Below are positions 31,490 to 36,644 of a stretch of DNA of 36,644 nt, one piece after another. The DNA is from Macrostomum lignano. Its lineage: Eukaryota. Where the stretch lies: positions 1 to 36,644 of the forward strand of contig NIVC01002698.1 of the NCBI GenBank assembly GCA_002269645.1. The letters are read 5' to 3'. The number at the start of each line of letters is the position of its first letter. Within the stretch, counting starts at the first letter, position 1. The translations under genes and the position numbers were made by a program. The notes beneath the pieces were generated by a model, which saw only the letters and a list, made by a program, of their open reading frames with translations, did no database searches and had not been told where the DNA came from.

Positions 31490-32390
31490 CGGATTGCGGT
31501 GAGACTAGATAAGATGGATTTGATGAGGCGGCATTTTGGATAGATTGGGTAAAATAGAAAAGATAGGTCAGATTGGATTGCATTTCAGTGAGATTGGGCT
31601 ATATCGGGTGAGATTGGATTAGAATAGGATGAGATCGGATCATATTAGGCTGAGATAAGATTAGAATTGGATGAGATTAGATTAGAATAAGGTGATACTG
31701 GATTAGAATAGGGTGAGATTGGATTTAAAAAGAATGAGATCGGATTATAATAGGGTTAGATTGGATTAGACTAGGGTGAGATTTAATTAGAATAGGGTGA
31801 GATTGGATTAGAATAGGGTGAAATTGGATTAGATTAAGGTGAGATTGGATTCGATTAGGGTGAGATCGGATCACACTAGGGTGAGATGGGGTTAGAATAG
31901 GGTGAGATTGGATTAGAATAGGATGAGATCGGATTAGAATAGGATGAGATCGGATCATATTAGGCTGAGATAAGATTAGAATTGGATGAGATTAGATTAG
32001 AATAAGGTGATACTGGATTAGAATAGGGTGAGATTGGATTTAAAAAGAATGAGATCGGATTATAATAGGGTTAGATTGGATTAGACTAGGGTGAGATTTA
32101 ATTAGAATAGGGTGAGATTGGATTAGAATAGGGTGAAATTGGATTAGATTAAGGTGAGATTGGATTCGATTAGGGTGAGATCGGATCACACTAGGGTGAG
32201 ATGGGGTTAGAATAGGGTGAGATTGGATTAGAATAGGATGAGATCGGATTAGAATAGAGTTAGATCGGATCATATTAGGGTGAGATTGGATTAGAACTGG
32301 GTGAGATTGGATTCGAATAGGTGACACTGAACTAGATTACTAATGGAGTGAGATTGGATTAGATTAAGTTGAGATTAGATTAGAATTTTC
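31490..32390 (+). repeat. Degenerate minisatellite, 21-bp unit (GGGTGAGATTGGATTAGAATA), ~40 copies, with a 315-bp block duplication
   Basis: Tandem array in which the sequence at 31621 recurs at 31936. Confidence 0.92.
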
Positions 32391-33393
32391 GGATGAAACT
32401 ATTGTATCGCATTGTTTAGGTTTAGATTGGATAAGCTTAAAAACGAGATTCAATCGATTAAGGGTGAGACTAGTATAAGGCTTGTTGAGCTACACAGGGC
32501 ACGCATGCACTGACCGAGTGGACCCTGTAGTTTTCACCCTCAAGGCTTGCCCAGTTTTCAGGTCAACACGGGAAGACAGATAGGCTTAGAGAGGGGAGCA
32601 CAGCTGAGAGAGAGTAGTAAGAAGAAAATCCCACAATTTAGCGTCCCATCCCCCTGACCAGCTGCTCAGTTTATCAGCAGCAGCAGCCGCTTGCAATCAA
32701 TTTATTTCGCTCCGGCAGCTTAAAATTCTGAGCAGCACCCCAGCCTCAACCCCTTCCCCATCTCCGCCATCCCCAAAGCACTCGTAAAAAACTTTTACTT
32801 TGGAAAATAAAGAGCCTTCGCTCCGACTAGGGATCCCCGAAACCCCCCTGTCTCTGGGGAGTCCCGCAGCCGCCGTGAAAGCAGCTCACAGAGAGTTCAT
32901 TTGATTGGGAATTTTTTTCTCGTGAACCACGCGAACTTGGCCACGCCGCCAGGGCAGCGCTGAAGTGCCCGCTGGGACCTCCTGCCGCGGCCGTGGCTGC
33001 GTCCCAAGGGTCACACGACTCGCTTGGCTGACTTCCCAGCCCTCCCTGCCACTGCCAGTGCCGCTGCTCTGGGGCGCCGCCCTTCACACTTTCCCTCTCG
33101 CTACTCCTCAATCAGCTCGGATTGCTGAAATCCCATTCGGCGTTGGCGCGAATCCGAATCAATGCCTTGGCGATATGTTCCAGATATTGTTGCTGCTGCT
33201 GCTCCTGCTGCTGCTGCTGCTGATGCTCACGACAGCCCAGGTGCCAGCCATGCGTGAACGATTTGAGCGGCCGTGAAGTGCTGCCACTGCCCCGGGGTCA
33301 GCGAAGTGCGGAGAGACTTGAAGGGTGACAGACAGGGGATGGGAAAGATAATTAGATGTGTTCCTGCGATGGGGAGGGCGGAGATGGGGACAT

Positions 33394-34025
<632 letters not shown>

Positions 34026-34545
34026 TCAAAGATCATTCAGCTCAAATTCAGAGACTAAGAAAGCCACTGAGAAGAAAAGGAAATCAATGTGGACCCGGAG
34101 CTGAACTGATCGAGTAGAAACTTCCGGTTGACCTGGAGTTGCTGCAGCCGCGTGCCTGTCTCACAGATCAGCCCTGAGGGTTTAGCTATTAAAATTTTTG
34201 TTCCTTGATTTTGAGCAGCTAAAGAGCGTGTGGAGGTACCTGCTCAAATCTCTTCTCGAAAGGATTTTGTCTTTTTAATATTGGGATCAAATCGGCTTCC
34301 CCCACCCCGAGGCAATGGGAAATGCCATTTTCAGGGATTTTTTGGGGATTTAGGGATCTTGGGATCAGAACTGAATGCGGTTTTTTTTAATTTGCCGTCA
34401 TTGTGAAATTGCTATCTGCGGGTCGTGAGGATCTTTCATTGTTTTGGGATTATGGCTGCAGACATTCGACAGATTGGGATCGGGCGGTTTGCAAAAGAAA
34501 TTAACTTGCCTCTTCTGCGATCGCTATGAGGTGGCAGCCCAGCCT

Positions 34546-35152
34546 CTGACTTAGGAGTCAGGGGAGGGCATAGACAGTCCAAAATCTGACTGAGGAGTCA
34601 GGGGAGGGCATAGACAGTCCAAAATCTGACTGAGGAGTCAGGGGAGGGCATAGACAGTCCAAAATCTGACTGAGGAGTCAGGGGAGGGGATAGACAGCCC
34701 CACAATCTGACTGAGGAGTCAGGGGAGGGGATAGACAGCCCCACAATCTGACTGAGGAGTCAGGGGAGGGGATAGACAGCCCCACAATCTGACTGAGGAG
34801 TCAGGGGAGGGGATAGACAGCTCATCATCTGACTGAGGAGTCAGGGGAGGGGATAGACAGCTCACCAGCTGACTGAGGAGTCAGGGGAGGGGATAGACAG
34901 CTCATCATCTGACTGAGGAGTCAGGGGAGGGGATAGACAGCTCACCAGCTGACTGAGGAGTCAGGGGAGGGGATAGACAGCCCCACAATCAGACTGAGGA
35001 GTCAGGGGAGGGCATAGGCAGCTCACAATCTGACTGAGGAGTCAGGGAGGGGATAGACAGCCCACAATCAGACTGAGGAGTCAGGGGAGGCATAGACAGT
35101 CCAAAATCTGACTGAAGAGTCAGGGCAGAGGATAGGCAGCCCACCATCTGAC
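34546..35152 (+). repeat. Minisatellite, 40-bp unit (CTGACTGAGGAGTCAGGGGAGGGCATAGACAGTCCAAAAT), ~15 copies
   Basis: Direct tandem array with a constant ~32 bp plus a variable ~8 bp. Confidence 0.95.
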
Positions 35153-36166
35153 CAACAGTTTATCATTAAAAATGTGGTGCATACGAATAAATCAAGCCAG
35201 TGGACAATAAACTCATATATAAAGTTTTTAAGCTTAACTCTTTCAGAATCTGCTTAAGTTGCAAGCTATGCTTAAAAATCATATTTTCATTTTTTTCTCT
35301 TGTTGATTCCTCAAACAGCTGCTACAAGCAGGGTTGGGACTTCCCGTGCCAGGTCAAAAACAATTCCTCCATGACTGACGGGAAACCAGCCCTGTGGAGG
35401 GGGACTGAAATTAGCCTAGAAGCAGCAATGGGGGGAGCTTTTTTAATTCACGCATTTTTTGCTTTGACTCACCGAAACTTCATCCGTCCGGACTTTTCCT
35501 GTCTTCTGCTCTTCTAGTAGAGTAGAAAAATCCATAATAGACAGGAATTGCAGAGTTGCGGTGCTGCTTATAAAAAGCAAGTATTGATGCAAAACTGTTA
35601 CCAGCCTCTGCTACAGTTAGCCAGCCTTTGTTGCCGAGAGGACTGCCGCCCTCCACCGCCCGCCTTTCCCTTTCACCCTCCATTCTCCCACCACCCGCTA
35701 GGCTGATGAAGCTCCCAGCCTCAGTCCAGCTGCCCGGCACCCAATTAGTAAATTTCTGAGCGCTTAAGGCATTAACGGGGCGCTCATTAGCAGGTATTTA
35801 GGAAGCTGGGCTGCTCAGCAGGTGGGAATAGTTGAGCTCAAACCGCGGCTCTCAACTTGACTCCCATAGGGCTCTGTTGGTTACTGGGGTGCTTCAATAA
35901 TTGCTTCTGCTGAGCTCCGCCTTTGTACCGAAATTCGTGTTGCCTGCAACAACTAACAGTCTTGTTCCATATTTTTGCTGGAGCTTGGGGCGTTTTTATG
36001 TTTTCTGTTTAGCTGAAATAACTTTTAGAATTGGAATTTGCAGCTTTCTATTGTGTTTTGCCATTTCCTTGATTTCCTTGTGTTGCATGACTTGCTGAAT
36101 GCTGAGTGGAGTGCATGCTTGGGTGGGACTGTAGAATACTCCAGCCTGCTGGTACACCACGGCTGC

Positions 36167-36459
<293 letters not shown>

Positions 36460-36644
36460 GTCCCGCACAGGGAGCACCGAAGCACGAACTATCCTCATTC
36501 GCCGTTCATTTCTTCCGCCATCAAATTAGTAGCATGCAGCCCCCCCCCCCGCAGGCCCCCAGGGCACAGAGGCGGGACGCAGGCAGCAAACTGCTACCTG
36601 CCGCATTACTCACTGCTCACACTTGCTCTCTCGTGTGTGGCTCG

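Noticed and set aside
33175-33276. Signal-peptide-like small [36 protein letters not shown]
   Set aside because: The poly-Leu is the (CTG)n microsatellite, only weak donors follow, and the minus strand has better splice context.
34546-35152. CRISPR-like array (palindromic constant part plus variable part)
   Set aside because: The variable part is only ~8 bp and the variants are related to each other. There are no cas genes and the context is eukaryotic.

Overview
Eukaryotic (animal-type) genomic DNA. Bases 772-8355 (+) carry six coding exons of a macoilin (MACO1/TMEM57) gene, from the transmembrane N-terminal region through the coiled coil to the stop codon. The first coding exon is not in the window. 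The spliced reading frame has two apparent single-base deletions (~4101 and ~5026), most likely long-read consensus errors. Roughly half of the window is tandem repeat: about 27 separate mini- and microsatellite arrays (units 2-47 bp) alternate with unique stretches never longer than ~1.1 kb, and each of the five introns fully contained in the window holds its own minisatellite. Several arrays share core motifs, some flank exons in reverse-complementary orientation, several show higher-order periodicity, and one 45-bp array varies mostly at synonymous positions of an open frame. A 150-bp palindromic MITE-like element lies at 309-458. Nearly all long ORFs in the supplied track are repeat artefacts. 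No second gene, RNA gene, CRISPR array or autonomous transposon could be supported. The species cannot be determined from the sequence.
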